Origin: Heptranchias perlo
Lineage: Eukaryota
Direction: 5' to 3'
DNA: 64,000 nucleotides
NCBI RefSeq assembly: GCF_035084215.1
Contig: NC_090366.1
Coordinates: 10,292,001-10,356,000, forward strand
Shown: one piece after another, positions 53,515 through 64,000 of the stretch
Layout: each line of letters starts with the position of its first letter
Position numbering within the stretch: the first letter of the stretch is position 1
Position numbers and translations under genes: made by a program
The notes under the pieces: generated by a model
Seen by the model: the letters and a program-made list of their open reading frames with translations, nothing else
Databases searched by the model: none
Told to the model about the DNA's origin: nothing

Positions 53515-53563
53515 CTTCGATAAACCGCAGGGCAACGAGGAAGAAAAATGCAAAGCACTTCAT
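53515..53563 (-). CDS. Gene C signal-peptide exon MKCFAFFFLVALRFIE
   Basis: ATG, hydrophobic core and GAAG|GTACGT donor; phase 1 fits the V exon. Confidence 0.8.
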
Positions 53564-54159
53564 GGGATGTTGGCATGAACAATCAATTTTCGGTGTAACG
53601 GAGCTAGACTGACAAGGTTCTCAAGGACTTTGGGGAGGCCGGTGTTAAACAGTCCATACAACGTCAGTTTACCCACTCGGAACTGTGCACTGACGGTGCC
53701 TCCTGCAAACGCTGCACAGACTCCCCTTGCACTGCAAAGACGTCAATTGGGAAAATGAATCAGAATGTTTGAAATGCGGAAGTGGGCCTGGATTCCCCTG
53801 CCACGTGTTATACCAGGGGTAAAAAGTGTTGAGACAGAAGGTCCGACTTCCTCTATTCTCTTATTCAGGGTGCACACATGCGGGTTAAATCTCGGGCAAA
53901 AAGTTCTTTCTACGTTAATTTTACAAGGACTTACGATAAATATGTCAGTGCTTCTAAAAATCTATTTTAGAAAATACACAACAAATAACTCCCGCCTCTC
54001 CCTGGAGCTCTCGGCTTCACATGAACCCAGAGTCTTTATTTGTGATTGTGGCATTTGTTGTTAAACTACCAACATTGAAATGACAAAACTCTGCATCTCA
54101 GCGTCTTGTAATCATTCTGGGCGACCAATACACCGGGAATAAAACACATCAACCGCTGT

Positions 54160-54730
54160 ATTAGATTCCAGCCTGTAACTGACTCCCGGGTATCTGTTAT
54201 TCTATATATAAACTCCCCGAACCCCTCGATTAGATCCAGCCTGTAACTGACTCCCGGGTATCTGTTATTCTATATATAACCCCCCCGAACCCCTCGATTA
54301 GATTCCAGCCTGTAACTCACTCCCGGGTATCTGTTATTCTATATATAAACCTGCCCAAACCCCTCGATTAGATTCCAGTCTGTAACTCACTCCCGGGTAT
54401 CTGTTATTCTATATATAAACCTGCCCAAACCCCTCGATTAGATTCCAGTCTGTAACTCACTCCCGGGTATCTGTCATTCTATATATAAACCACCCGAACC
54501 CCTCGATTATATTCCAGCCTGAAACTGACTCCTGGGTCTCTTTTATTCTGTATATAAACCCCCTGAACCCCTCGATTAGATTCCAGGCTGTAACTCACTC
54601 CCGAGTATCTGTTATTCTATATATAAACCCCCCTAACCCCTCGATTAGATTCCAGCCTGTAACTCACTCCCGAGTCTCTGTTATTCTATATATAAACCAC
54701 TCAAACCGCTCGATCAGATTCCAGCCTCTA
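54160..54730. repeat. ~70-bp minisatellite, ~8 copies plus decayed tail
   Basis: ccctcgatta recurs at 54291, 54361 and 54431. Confidence 0.95.
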
Positions 54731-55980
54731 AACCACTGTCAGGTTTTTATTAATTTGCATATAATCCTTTCGAAACTCTTCATTAGGTTTCAGTTTGCGA
54801 CCTACACTTAGTTGTCCGTTTTTCTATATTTAAACAATCCAAACTCCTAGATTGGATCCATTCACTAATACCCGTGGCTGGTATCCAGGCTAAAACTCAA
54901 CTGCTTTGGATTTCACTGGAAATATGAATTGGAGGTAATCTTCAGGAACCTTTAATTGTGTCAGTGTACACAGCACCCAGTGCCTCTATTGTCTGTTACT
55001 CTTAAAACAGTCCCAGTTCAACAGCGCTACTGCAAAAGCTTGAAGTTTGAATTTGTTCGCGCTTTTGTCGCCTCCCTCTGAATTGCTGACAGTTTCATCC
55101 TGAATTAAAGATGACCCATTTTGATCTTTGCACCCAGTCCCTATCCTAACCTGCATGGCACTGCTCAAACTCTTCATATCAAATCCTTACAGCCACCAAC
55201 GAGACTAGATTCAGTCACATATTACACGGTTTGTTTGTAACTGGTCTATGTAGGGGAGGTAAAAATTGTTAATCTCACTTTGCAGTTCCAGTGTCCCTCT
55301 GCCACAATATTAAAATACATGTGTTCCTTTGCTCCATTCAGACTATTAATGAGTTAAAGTAATCTACACACTTCTCCTTGGTATAATGTTGATTCCGCAT
55401 TTCCAACATACAGCGAACCAAGGTTTCCTGTTGAAACGTCAAATCCAAAATTATAATCGATGAGCTCAAAGTTTCGTTCAAGTGACACAGACGGAGTTCT
55501 TCTTTTTGGTTAACCGAGTTTTGTGTGCATGCCACGAAATGGAAATTTGCAAGCCTTGAAATAGTATTGCATGATAACAATGTACAAATAAAGACCTGGT
55601 TTTGAAATGGTACTGTTTGATGGTTGTGCACGAATAATTTGCTAGCATTAGAATAAAACAGTGTGATATTAACTTAGAAATACTAAGCTAGCCTTCAAAT
55701 GATGGTGTGTGACCATAGTACACAAATACACAACTTGAAATGACTCTGTGATAATCGGTAGACACGACAAACTGGTCTTCAAATGTCACTGGGTCGGAAT
55801 AGCATAGGGATACTATTGAAAATACAATGGGGTAGATTTTTAACTGGAGCACGGGATGGATATTGGCGTTGCCGATTGACCGCCGGTTATAAAACCACTG
55901 AATTTTAATTTCCATTAATTATAATGGAATTACAGCACTTTATATAACGGGCGGCTGAACCACAACCTGCAGTGCATTAT

Positions 55981-55994
55981 GCTATCATCTACCA

Positions 55995-56036
<42 letters not shown>

Positions 56037-56103
56037 TTATCTATATATCTAACTATCTATCTATCTATCTACCTATATATCCACCCAGCTATCTATCTAT
56101 TGC

Positions 56104-56168
<65 letters not shown>

Positions 56169-56190
56169 CATTTATGTATTTATCTACCTG
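55981..56190. repeat. (TATC)n microsatellite
   Basis: Direct reading. Confidence 0.95.
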
Positions 56191-56424
56191 TCTGTCATTC
56201 TGTCTATCCATTTTGTCTGACTGCTGGTTTACTTCCATATTGTAAGGTGATTTCCCTTTCCAAAAAAGTTGAATTTTGAAATCAAACAATACATCATTGA
56301 GAGAAGCAAAAAGGAAAGGAGGGAATGCAGACCGGCGAAATAGGCTGTGGGAGAGGGAATTGTGACTTTTCAACATCCTCCATTGCGAGAGAGTATGGGA
56401 GGGGAGGCAGTGGATGTCCGGTTA

Positions 56425-57218
56425 AGAGTGACGTGAATAACACGCATACAACTGCCGAGCAATGACCATCTCCAACAAGACAGAGTCTAACCACCTGAAC
56501 TTGACTTTCAACAGCATTACCATCGCCGAACCCCCACCATCAACATCCTGGGGGTCACCATTGACCAGAAACTTAACTGGACCGGCCACATAAATAATAT
56601 GGCTACAGGAGCAGGTCAGAGGCTGGGTATTCTGCGGCGAGTGACTCACCTCCTGACTCCCCAAAGCCTTTCCACCATCTACAAGGCACAAGTCAGGAGT
56701 GTGATGGAATACTCTCCACTTGCCTGGATGAGTGCAGCTCGAACAACACTCAAGAAGCTTGACACCATCCAGGAAAAAGCAGCCCGCTTGATTGGCACCC
56801 CATCCACCACCCTAAACATTCACTCCCTCCACCACCGGCGCACTGCGGCTGCAGTGTGTACCATCTACAAGATGCACTGCAGCAACTTGCTAAGGCTTCT
56901 TCGACAGCACCTCCCAAACCCGCGACCTCTACCACCTAGAAGGACAAGGGCAGCAGGTGCATGGGAACAACACCACCTGCACGTTCCCCTCCAAGTCACA
57001 CGCCATCCCGACTTGAAATATATCGCCGTTCCTTCATCGTCGCTGGGTCAAAATCCTGGAACTCCCTTCCTAACAGCACTGTGGGAGAACCTTCACCACA
57101 CGGACTGCAGCGGTTCAAGAAGGCGGCTCACCACCCCCTTCTCAAGGGCAATTAGGGATGGGCAATAAATGCCGGCCTCGCCAGCGACGCCCACATCTCA
57201 TGAACGAATAAAAAAAAC
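56425..57218 (+). mobile_element. LINE family B 3' fragment
   Basis: Near-identical to 52240-53002; poly-A tail. Confidence 0.9.
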
Positions 57219-57569
57219 AATGCAGAAAGGAGGAGGTGGGGTGAAGTGTGTTCAGGTGTTAAGCAGATAGTGTAAGGTGGAATAGATAACGGTAGTTATG
57301 GGAGTGTGGCAATGTGAGGAAAGGCACCGAGTAGCGGGAAGGTGAAGGGGTAGGCAATGAGCTTGGCTTGAAGGGCTATGGATGCATAAATGATTCCGGG
57401 ACAGACGGGAAAGGAGCTACTATGGACACATTTTCCCTGAAACACACAAAGATCGGGGGCTTTTTCTCCCCTTCCTTATGATACAGATCTGGCTTGGGAA
57501 GTGGAGTTCAACATAAAGTAAAAATGAATATTGGAATATAATACACTCACTGGAAGTGCCTCTGCCGTA

Positions 57570-58141
57570 GTATCATAGAATGATACAGCAATGCAGGAGG
57601 CCATTCTGCCCATCGTGCCTGTGCCGGCTCTTTATTCAATTAATCCCACCCCGCTGCTCTTTCCCCATAGCCCTGTAATGTTTTTCCCTTCAAATATTTA
57701 TCCGATTCACTTTTGAACGTTATTATTGAAACTGCTTCCACCGCCTTTTCAGGCAGCACATTCCAGATCATAACAACTCGCTGTGTAAAAATGTTTCCAC
57801 TTGTCGCCTCTGGTTCTTTTGCCAATTATCTTAAATCTGTGTCCTCTGGTTACCGACCCTCCTGCCACTGGAAACAGTTTCTCCTTACTTACTCTATCAA
57901 AACCCTTCATGATTTTGAACACCTCTATCAAATCTCCCCTTAACCTTCTCTGCTCTAAGGAGAACAATCCCAGCTTCTCCAGTCTCTCCACATAACTGAA
58001 GTCCCTCATCCCTGGGACCATTCTGGTAAATCTCCTCTGCAGCCTCTCCAAGGCCTTGACATCCTTCCTAAAGTATGGTGCCTAAATTGAACACAATACT
58101 TCAGCTGAGGCCTAACCAGTGTTTTATAAAGTTTTAGCATA
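57570..58141 (-). mobile_element. CR1 3' fragment
   Basis: RFTRMVPGMRDFSYVERLEKLGLFSL ORF; same subfamily as 22610-23470. Confidence 0.9.
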
Positions 58142-58824
58142 ATAGAGTGCAAAATATTAAAGAAAACAGTTTGAAGGACGGGAAAGCGCCCATTTGCTTT
58201 TACAGATGCAGACGGTAAATTTACACGCGTGTATATTGTATGAGGCGGTGCTCTCGACGCGAAGCCTCGCCAGATGGGAGCGGGAGTCATACAACTGGGT
58301 ACATAGACCAGCGCTTATTACAGCACTCCTGATTTTTCAGTCATTAAAATTTTTAGGGTGTAAATTCGACTTGGGCAAAAGAGGCGATGGCGAACAGGCA
58401 GCCCGTTTTCCGCTTTGTTTTCCATTGAATTCAAAATGGTTTGCCACTTTGCAATCACCCATTTAACGCAAGACGATTTGGGCGGAATGTTTGGAGATCC
58501 AGTAGCACCGATGGATACTCCTATGCTCAGTGTGACGTTGAAAATTGCGGGTGCATTGCTGGAAACTTTCCATCCAATAGAATGTCAACTGATGGCAATC
58601 CACAGATCCTGCATCTGCGATTATCTTATACGATGTGTCGAATATCCAGCCCGGTGACAGGAAAATTATCAGCATCCGAAAACGGACAATTGGACGCACA
58701 TGTAGAACTCCATAAATCGTATAAGCAAGAGTAATTATCACTGGTATAATTAACACACCAAAGTTGAAATATAATGTGTGGCGAAGATCACTCTGCTCTC
58801 TGTCTGGCAATATCAGACATTGAA

Positions 58825-60870
58825 ACATAGGAACTTAGGGACATGCCCCTCGATCCTGTTCCGCCATTCAATGAGATCATGGCTGACCTGTATCCTAACT
58901 CCATTTACCCACGTTGGCTCCATATCCTTTAACAGCCTTGGCGAGCAAACATCTATCGATCTCAGATTTGAAATTATTAATTGAGCTTGCACCTACTGCT
59001 TTTTTTGTGGGAGAGAGTTGCACAATTATACCGCCCTTTGTTTGAAGAAATATGCCCTAACTTCTCTCCTGAATGGCCTGGCTCTGATTTTAAGGTTGTG
59101 TCCCCTTGTCTTAAAGTCCCCCACTAGCAAGAAACGTCTCTGTCTATCTACCCTATCAATTTTTAAAATCCTAAAAGCCTCAATCTAATCACTCCATATT
59201 AAGAATCCAAGGAATAGAAGCCGAGTTTATGTAATCCCTCCTCAAAATTTAACCCTTGGTGCCCTGGTAACATTCTAGTGAATATATGCTGCACTACCTG
59301 GAAGGGCAATATACCCTTTCTAAGGTCAGATGCCCAGAGGTTACACAGTACTCCGGATGTGATCTAACCAGGGCTTTGTATAGCTGTAGCAAAACGTCCT
59401 CCCTTGAAATTATAGCCCTGTAGATATAACGGCTAGCATTACATTAATCCTTTTGGGCTTATTTTTGTACCTGATCACTATATTTTCGTGATTTGCGTGC
59501 ATGGAGCCCTGAATCTCTCTCCCCCCTTCCCCCCACCACCCCGTCCTGTTCCTAGCTTTTCACCATTTAAAATATTTCTGACCTATCCTTTTTTGGTCCA
59601 AAATTGATGACCTCACACATACCTGCGTTGAAATCCATCTGTCACTGTTCTGCCCACTCACTTAATCTCTCAATGTCTCTTTGTAATTTTATGCTCCTGT
59701 CTACTCTACTTACTGTGCCACCAATCTTTGTATCATTCGCAAACTTGGATGTATATATCTCTATTGTGCTACCTAAGTCATTAATCAATATAGTGAATGG
59801 TTGAGACCCCAGCACAGATCCTTGTGGGACACCACGTGTCACATCCTTCCAATTCGAGTACATACCCTTTATTCCTATTCCCTATCTTCTACCGCTTAAC
59901 CAATTTCCTAATCAGATCAATAATGTGCCTTCAATTCCATGAGCTTTAATTATAGCTGACAGTCTGTTATGTGTAAACCTTATCAAATGTCTTTTGGAAG
60001 ACCCTATAAACTAATCCATAGACATTCTCCTGTTTACTACTTTAGATACTTCCTCAAAACATTCAATTAGGTTCGTTAGACATGAGCTACCCTTTACAAA
60101 TCCATGTTGGCTCTCTCTAATCAGCTCACATTTCTCCAAGTGCTCAGTCACCCTGTCCTTAATTATAGATTCCAATAACCTCCCCACAACAGATGTTGAA
60201 CTAACAGGTCTGCAATTTCCTGGGTTGTCTCTCTCTTACATTTCTTAAATAATGGAGTTACATTTGCAATTGTCCAATCCAAAGGGACAATTCCTTAATT
60301 GAGGGAGCATTGGAAGATTATGGCTAAAGCATCTGCAATTTCCTCACCTACTTCCTTTAACACCCTGGGTTTGGAAACCATCAGGTCCTGGGGTTTTGTC
60401 AGTCATTATTTTTCTAATAGGTTTCCCTTGCTTACGTTAATTTTAGTGAGTTCCAGTCCTTGATACACTATTAGTTTCCCTCGAATGTCAGGTATATTAT
60501 CTTACTGACACAAGATTGACACAGAGTATTTATTCAACAAGTTTGCATTTCCTTATTTGTATTTGGAATATTACCCGCATCCTTTTTAAAGGGTCCTCAT
60601 TACCCTTAACTATCCCTATTCTTCTAATTTTGTGTTAATCTTGATATCCCTCGCAATTTGTTTCCCCTTTTGCAGCTCTTACTATCTTTTTTGTCTTCCT
60701 TTGCTGTTCTTTATCTCTCTCCCAGTCCCCTGGATCTACACTATTCATTGCACTTTTATGTGCTCTTTCCTTTAGTCTTATGTCATCTATTACCTCCTTT
60801 GTCGACCAGGGCTGCTCTATTTGTTAAGTAGAGCTCTTGCCCCTTAGGGGTATATACTGGTCCTGAAACT
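58825..60870 (-). mobile_element. Old degenerate CR1 ORF2
   Basis: GVPQGSVLG and SKFANDTKIGG motifs; CR1 tail at ~58830. Confidence 0.8.
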
Positions 60871-61483
60871 ATCATGTTACAAGCTAACAAGGTTTTATTT
60901 CTCCAGGGTTCTGTTATCCGGGTAAGTTTAGTGCCCCCATACCCCAGGTGGGTGCGATGCTCAAATGAAGCGGACATCCAGGATAAGGTTACCGCTACTC
61001 AATTCCAGCATGAATTTCTGCTGGGAACACGGGAGAGCCGAATAGTATACTAATGTAATACGTTAACACAATGCCAATTCTATATTAATACTACGTCCAG
61101 AAATTATCATACTTCTGTAAAAATGTAGCAACAGTGGCGCATAATTGACAGAAGTTCCTCTACAGAAAGACCGACTGAAATCCCCGTTCCTTCATAATCA
61201 TGTGGGACGATGTGCTGTTTACCCTCTCCAGAGGCTTAGTAAGTGTTTCGCAGCTGTATGGAATTACCCTGATCCTGACTGTCTTTCAGTATGACGTGAA
61301 GCCCATTCAACATCAGCTATCACAAAAAGGTTCATTTCTGAGTTGTCGATTTTGCTCTCAACCCGCATTATTTTTCAAAATTTAAAAAAGTTAAAAATAT
61401 CATTTTGCGATTGACAAAACATCCAAACGGTACTGAACACGAAAAAAAAAGACGTTATCGTGAATGATTCCTTACTTGCAGCA

Positions 61484-61688
61484 TTTTTAAAATTCGTTCA
61501 TGGGATGTGGGCATCGCTGGCGAGGCCGGCATTTATTGCCCATCCCTAATTGCCCTTGAGAAGGTGGTGGTGAGCCGCCTTCTTGAACCGCTTCATTCCG
61601 TGTGGTGAAGGTTCTCCCACAGTGCTGTTAGGGAGGGAGTTCCAGGATTTTGAGGATGACGATGAAGGAACGGCAAAATATTTCCAAG
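61484..61688 (-). mobile_element. LINE family B 3' tip
   Basis: Reverse complement of GGGCAATTAGGGATGGGCAATAAATGCCGG. Confidence 0.85.
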
Positions 61689-62229
61689 TATATTGCCTGT
61701 TACATTGGTCTCTCCGATGAACGCACAGTGGAATATATTAAACAAAATGGACACACGGCGTTGGTAAAGCGCGTTAATTCTAAGAACTATAACTGGGCAT
61801 TGATTATGGTATTAAACAGTTAATGTACGGCCAATTATTGACTGTAATTCACATCGCTAAAAAGTTTACCTCACTGCCTCACTGAAGATTTATATCAACT
61901 ATATATGAGATCCATTGGCGACATCAGAGAGCACGTGATGAAACAGTTGTTTCACCAGCACCAACAGGCAACGTTCTTTTTCACAGAAAATGCATGCACC
62001 AGCAATTGGTCCGTTTCATGCTGTTCACTATCCTGTTCTTGCTGCAGTCGGTATTCCGAATCAGTCATTGTAACAGCTGTTACAATCTGCTATGCAAACA
62101 CTTCCAGCTGCTCATCTGGAGATTTTTCTGGTCATGATGGGTATTCTTGATTTTACTTCCCTTTCAACTTCAATAGTTAGAGAGCTGAAAAGGAGTTCAG
62201 GATAGCTACCAAACTGAACGTAAAGTAAT

Positions 62230-62432
62230 GTGATAAATCACTGGTTAGGCCCCAGCTGGAGTATTGTGTCCAATTCTGGGCGCCGCACTTTAGGAAGGAT
62301 GTCAAGGCCTTGGAGACGGTGCAGAGGAGATTTACCAGATTGCCATCAGGGATGAGGGACTAAAGTCACGTAGTGAGACTGGAGAAGCTGTGCTTGTTCG
62401 CCTTAGAACAGAGAAGGTTAAGGGGGCATTTA
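62230..62432 (+). mobile_element. CR1 fragment
   Basis: ctggagtattgtgtccaattctgg..gagaaggttaaggggg. Confidence 0.8.
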
Positions 62433-63253
62433 CATAAGAACATAAGAAATAGGAGCCGGAGTAGGCCAATCGGCCCATCGAGCCTGCTCCGCCATTCAAT
62501 AAGATCATGGCGGATCTGATCCTAATCTCAAATCTAAATTCATGTCCAATTTCCTGCCCGCTCCCCGTAACCCCTAATTCCCTTTACTTCTAGGAAACTG
62601 TCTATTTCTGTTTTAAATTTATTTAATGATGTAGCTTCCACAGCTTCCTGGGGCAGCAAATTCCACAGACCAACTACCCTCTGAGTGAAGAAGTTTCTCC
62701 TCATCTCAGTTTTGAAAGAGCAGCCCCTTATTCTAAGATTATGCCCCCTAGTTCTAGTTTCACCCATCCTTGGGAACATCCTTACCGCATCCACCCGATC
62801 AAGCCCCTTCACAATCTTATATGTTTCAATAAGATCGCCTCTCATTCTTCTGAACTCCAATGAGTAGAGTCCCAATCTACTCAACCTCTCCTCATATGTC
62901 CGCCCCCTCATCCCCGGGATTAACCGAGTGAACCTTCTTTGTACTGCCTCGAGAGCAAGTATGTCTTTTCTTACGTATGGACACCAAAACTGTATGCAGT
63001 AGTTCAGGTGCGGTCTCACCAATACCTTATATAACTGCAGCAATACCTCCCTGTTTTTATATTCTATCCCCCTAGCAATAAAAGCCAACATTCCGTTGGC
63101 CTTCTTGATCACCTGCTGCACCTGCATGCTAACTTTTTGATTTTCTTGCACCAGGACCCCCACATCCCTTTGTACTGCAGTACTTTCCAGTTTCTTGCCA
63201 TTAAGATAATAACTTGCTCTCTGATTTTTCCTGCCAAAGTGCATAACCTCACA
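62433..63253 (-). mobile_element. Young CR1 3' fragment with open ORF2 end
   Basis: Uninterrupted 234-aa ORF followed by the tail. Confidence 0.92.
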
Positions 63254-63309
63254 AGAGGGCGATGGGACACGACAAGTTAAAATAAAATTCCAGCAAGTCC
63301 ATTTTTATT

Positions 63310-64000
63310 CTAATTATCTAAAAAATTAACAATTTGTTTAATTGGATATTTCACCATTTTCTTTAACTCCTCTCTGAATTTAGTTTGGGTCACTGCATAA
63401 ATAAACGTGTTTGTGCAGCAGCTCAAAAGCAGGAGCATATATCCGGTTTCTTGAAGGATATAAACCGGGTCATTGTAACCCGTGAACGAATAAGTCTTAG
63501 TAATTCGATAATACAAGTAATGGACTGTGTACGTCAGCCATAACAGCATAAAATTACCGGATATACTGAAGAGCAAAATAATGGATTTTTTCCGGTTCTC
63601 CATTTCAGGATCTGGATTCTCTTCAGTGCTCGTGTTGCCCCGCAATGCCCTGCGGACTCTGCTGGCCACTAATATATATCTTACGGTCAGAGCATTAAGT
63701 AGCAAAATAACAAAAAATGGCAGAAAAGGGGTCGCGATGCAGTCGAAATAAGAAAATGCTAGCCATAGCCGTGAAGTATAAAAGCTTGATCTTATCCGGC
63801 AATACCACGGCAATTTGTTAATTGTATACAGAGGTTCATACACAAAGTACCAGGGGATGTTTTTTAAACAGCTCAGAGCAATCACCGTGCCAACAACCGC
63901 AGCTGCTGTTTCCTTCGTACAATATTTGGTTTTCAGCTTCGGGCAACAAATGGCTGTAAAGCGATCAAAGGTGAAAGCGACTGTTGACCAGACAGAAAAG
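63310..64000 (-). CDS. Class A GPCR, GPR139/GPR142-like (TM3 to C-terminus; 5' part outside window)
   Basis: The frame stays open to the window edge: FSVWSTVAFTFDRFTAICC.., TM5 TPFLPFFVILLLNALT, DPEMENRKKSIILLFSIS, TM7 LSCCTNTFIYAVTQTKFREEL. Confidence 0.88.
   Translation of the reverse strand, partial: FSVWSTVAFTFDRFTAICCPKLKTKYCTKETAAAVVGTVIALSCLKNIPWYFVYEPLYTINKLPWYCRIRSSFYTSRLWLAFSYFDCIATPFLPFFVILLLNALTVRYILVASRVRRALRGNTSTEENPDPEMENRKKSIILLFSISGNFMLLWLTYTVHYLYYRITKTYSFTGYNDPVYILQETGYMLLLLSCCTNTFIYAVTQTKFREELKKMVKYPIKQIVNFLDN

Noticed and set aside
54986-55915. Short ORFs upstream of gene C
   Set aside because: No recognisable domain and no consistent splice pattern.

Overview
Eukaryotic vertebrate DNA, most likely from a shark or other cartilaginous fish (inferred from the CR1, L2, Deu-SINE and Penelope repeats and a GPR139-type receptor). 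The core is a small Siglec/CD22/MAG-like immunoglobulin-receptor cluster that I reconstructed exon by exon. Gene A (+, 15487-27088) has a V-set domain with the sialic-acid-binding Arg, a damaged domain-2 exon, TM and ITIM/ITSM-like tail. Pseudogene B (+, ~28500-31650) is a truncated duplicate of A's promoter and first exons. Gene C (-, 53563-34451) reads as an intact 717-aa receptor with 6 Ig domains and an ITIM tail, but its V-set lacks the essential Arg. The 3' part of a GPR139-like GPCR lies at the right edge. Repeats include an ~8.9-kb 50-bp satellite with higher-order structure, a 24-bp CACGTG minisatellite fused to gene C's last splice acceptor, a 70-bp TATA-bearing array upstream of gene C, a perfect 92-bp-arm palindrome with hammerhead-like motifs, and many LINE/SINE/MITE copies. 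All exon models are read by hand from splice signals and reading phase, without transcript support.
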